In this document: positions 61,830-64,000 of the stretch, in pieces
Layout: each line of letters starts with the position of its first letter
How positions within the stretch are numbered: position 1 is the first letter of the stretch
Virus record (IMG/VR): IMGVR_UViG_3300029286_000014
Reading direction: 5' to 3' (one strand)
Length of the DNA stretch: 64,000 nucleotides
Origin: an uncultured virus (IMG/VR IMGVR_UViG_3300029286_000014)
Taxonomy: Duplodnaviria; Heunggongvirae; Uroviricota; Caudoviricetes
The notes under the pieces: generated by a model
Database searches by the model: none
Seen by the model: only the letters and a program-made list of their open reading frames with translations
What the model was told of the DNA's origin: nothing
Translations under genes and position numbers: made by a program

Positions 61830-61904
61830 TTACTTCTTAAATTTAAAAAATACTGCACCACCGATTGCTCCGAGAACTAATGTAACAATAAGAAGTTTTT
61901 TCAT
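61830..61904 (-). CDS. 24-aa membrane peptide (MKKLLIVTLVLGAIGGAVFFKFKK)
   Basis: SD AAGGAGG, early motif at 61934..61947 (minus), terminator GGGGCA/TGCCCC plus T run. Confidence 0.65.
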   Translation of the reverse strand: MKKLLIVTLVLGAIGGAVFFKFKK

Positions 61905-61933
61905 GGCGTATCCTCCTTTTTCTTATTTGTATC

Positions 61934-61991
61934 AATTAATATATATAGAAAAAATTTTAATTAAAAACACGTCTTACTATATATATTAATT
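61934..61991. promoter_or_regulatory. divergent pair of TATATATATTAATT motifs
   Basis: 61934..61947 on the minus strand and 61978..61991 on the plus strand. Confidence 0.7.
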
Positions 61992-62043
61992 CTTGAATCA
62001 AGAGAAACATATTATTTATTTAAATCAAAAAGGAGGAGAAAGA

Positions 62044-62844
62044 ATGGAAAAGTTACTTGATGAGTTAATTGAGTTGCTTTCCAAAAACAAAGACGGCTTG
62101 AGCATTCAAGTCATTTCATCATTGTTAAACCAACAGTGTTCGACAATAAAAAATTTAATTTGGAAGGTAAATGATCTGTCGGAAAAGGAAATCTTCAAAG
62201 AAATAAAACTTAGAGGATTTCAAAATTTTTCTCTTGTATCATTAGATTTAGATGTTATAAAAGAAAAATTCAAAAAATTCGAACGTTGTATGGATTCGTA
62301 CGAATTTTTGATTTTGAAATGTCTTAGAGTTTTCGATGAAGATGGTGCCCCATTGTGGCAACTTGAAAAAGAATTACATCAAGAAGGATTATCAGCCGTC
62401 TGCATTCAAATGTTTTTGAAAAAAATTAAAGAATCAGCAGCAGGGATCTTCATCGAATATTCTCAAACGAAATGGAAAATATTGGATGACACTACATCAA
62501 TTGCTGAGATCATTGCATTATATGGGGCTCCTACAAAACCAGCATTGATGGAACCAGAACACAAAATAGATGATATAGCGAACCACGTTTTTGTAACAAC
62601 ATGCAGGGAATTGGCTGCAACAGTTGATACATACTACAAGAATAACGATGTTCAAGTATTTGAGTCAAAGGATTATTTCGTAAGCATATCAAAAAAAGGT
62701 AAAAATCCATTTGATGAGAAGACAACACAAGGTATATTGGTATTTGCGAGAGATATCGCAAGAGCGCTAGAAGACATTAGATGGAATGGTGGAGGGTGGA
62801 AACAACTTGAAAATCTATCAACAACAATCCAAAAGGAGGATTAA
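62044..62844 (+). CDS. hypothetical protein, possible winged-helix domains
   Basis: SD AGGAGGAG upstream of ATG 62044. Confidence 0.55.
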   Translation: MEKLLDELIELLSKNKDGLSIQVISSLLNQQCSTIKNLIWKVNDLSEKEIFKEIKLRGFQNFSLVSLDLDVIKEKFKKFERCMDSYEFLILKCLRVFDEDGAPLWQLEKELHQEGLSAVCIQMFLKKIKESAAGIFIEYSQTKWKILDDTTSIAEIIALYGAPTKPALMEPEHKIDDIANHVFVTTCRELAATVDTYYKNNDVQVFESKDYFVSISKKGKNPFDEKTTQGILVFARDIARALEDIRWNGGGWKQLENLSTTIQKED

Positions 62845-63546
62845 GTGAGAACAAAAAAATCAATAGTCAAGAATAATGGAGAAAAAGTGAAAAACTTTAG
62901 AACCACAACGGACATCTTCAGAAAGATCATAGTGTTTCTACTAAGTCAAAAAACGGTTGAATCAGCAGAGATTTTTGAATCTGTTGGAGACAACGAGAAA
63001 TCAGCAGGAGCAATGTTGAATTTGATGGTTAAGTTTATTCCGGAGTTTATTAAGGTTGAAAAAATATCGAGTAGAAAAAATATATACACTTTGACTCCTG
63101 CTGGGCATCAAACTGATATTGAAGAAATGAGGGAGGTATACAGAAAGAGAAAATACGATTATAAGTTTAGTCGCAAAGGTAAACTCCCATCATTGTTGAA
63201 AAGAATTACCCCTGCTCCTGGGATCTTTGTTAAAAATTCTGAAACAAACGCAGAAAAAGAAATAGAAAAAATTTCTACGGAAAAAGCTTCAGAAAGAATG
63301 GTTCTTTCGTATTTGAAAGAAATATTTGAAACAAAACCTGAAATTCTTTCAGAAACTTCTCAGGAAGAGGAATTCTCCATAGCCAGAAACTCCGATACGA
63401 TGGTCTTGGGGTACCTTCAGAAACTTCTTGAAAGCTACAAGAAAAAAGAGATGTTGGAGATTTCTATCAAACCTGGAAATAGGGAAAAAATTTATTTCCT
63501 TAGAACAAAGGAAGGAAATAAATTAACCATCTCTTTTGGCGAATAG
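62845..63546 (+). CDS. hypothetical protein, possible winged-helix domain and a short internal repeat
   Basis: KNIYTLTPAG wing-like motif, repeated MVL.YL. Confidence 0.5.
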   Translation: MRTKKSIVKNNGEKVKNFRTTTDIFRKIIVFLLSQKTVESAEIFESVGDNEKSAGAMLNLMVKFIPEFIKVEKISSRKNIYTLTPAGHQTDIEEMREVYRKRKYDYKFSRKGKLPSLLKRITPAPGIFVKNSETNAEKEIEKISTEKASERMVLSYLKEIFETKPEILSETSQEEEFSIARNSDTMVLGYLQKLLESYKKKEMLEISIKPGNREKIYFLRTKEGNKLTISFGE

Positions 63547-64000
63547 AAAAGGAGGCCCACAAAAATAATAAAAAATAAGGGAGGTGAGTACATTGTATGA
63601 CTATGGATAAAGTTTCTAAAAGAAACAAGAAAAAATTTACAAAGAAACAAATCGAAGCAATGAAAGAAGAAACCATAAAACAGAAAAACAACAATATTAA
63701 TAGCACTCCTAAAGGTGCTGTTTCAGATCCTAACATTGTTATAAAAAATATGTAAGAGGGGTTACTAGGCTGCATCCATGTCATAAGGCAACATGGATGC
63801 CAAAACCATTTTCATATGCAAAAGGATCTATATGGTGCATGAACATTATGTAACGATGGTTCCATTGGTAATAACAAAACAATTTGGCCGAAACATATTT
63901 TCAAAAGGATACCTGATAAACTTCAAAATAATAATACCGTGAGAATTTCTAAGCGAGACTGGTAAACCAGTCCACTCGGAAACTTTTCTCTGCTCATTTT

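Noticed and set aside
1..64000. CRISPR array
   Set aside because: I saw no regularly spaced direct repeats with unique spacers.
1..64000. Stop-codon reassignment
   Set aside because: Known genes are full length in the standard code, TAA, TAG and TGA all end genes, and no suppressor tRNA was found.

Overview
AT-rich segment of a large (jumbo-type) myophage genome, read in the standard genetic code. About 1-19.8 kb is a virion and packaging module: T4-like tail tube, baseplate hub/chaperone, gp25- and gp6-like wedges, a tape-measure-like protein with an M15 peptidase domain, the terminase large subunit, and several paralogous putative internal head proteins. About 19.8-64 kb is accessory. It holds an ATP-dependent DNA ligase, a radical SAM enzyme, a phosphoesterase, two free-standing homing endonucleases, a VWA plus PurA-like pair, CoaD, an M15 endolysin, a sugar-modification cluster, seven tRNAs plus one degenerate tRNA, and many small ORFs. 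Signals not explained by the ORF track: (1) several GC-richer, mostly pseudoknotted non-tRNA RNA candidates among the tRNAs, one present in two diverged copies whose differences preserve pairing; (2) two candidate programmed ribosomal frameshifts; (3) two oriented promoter-like motifs, with the late-like one inside RBS-occluding hairpins of both endonuclease genes; (4) a family of N-terminal 'NVTNSSS' proteins near the radical SAM gene; (5) an exact 53-nt duplication about 39 kb apart. A PEP-CTERM protein suggests a Gram-negative host. All family calls come from motif recognition by eye, not from database searches.
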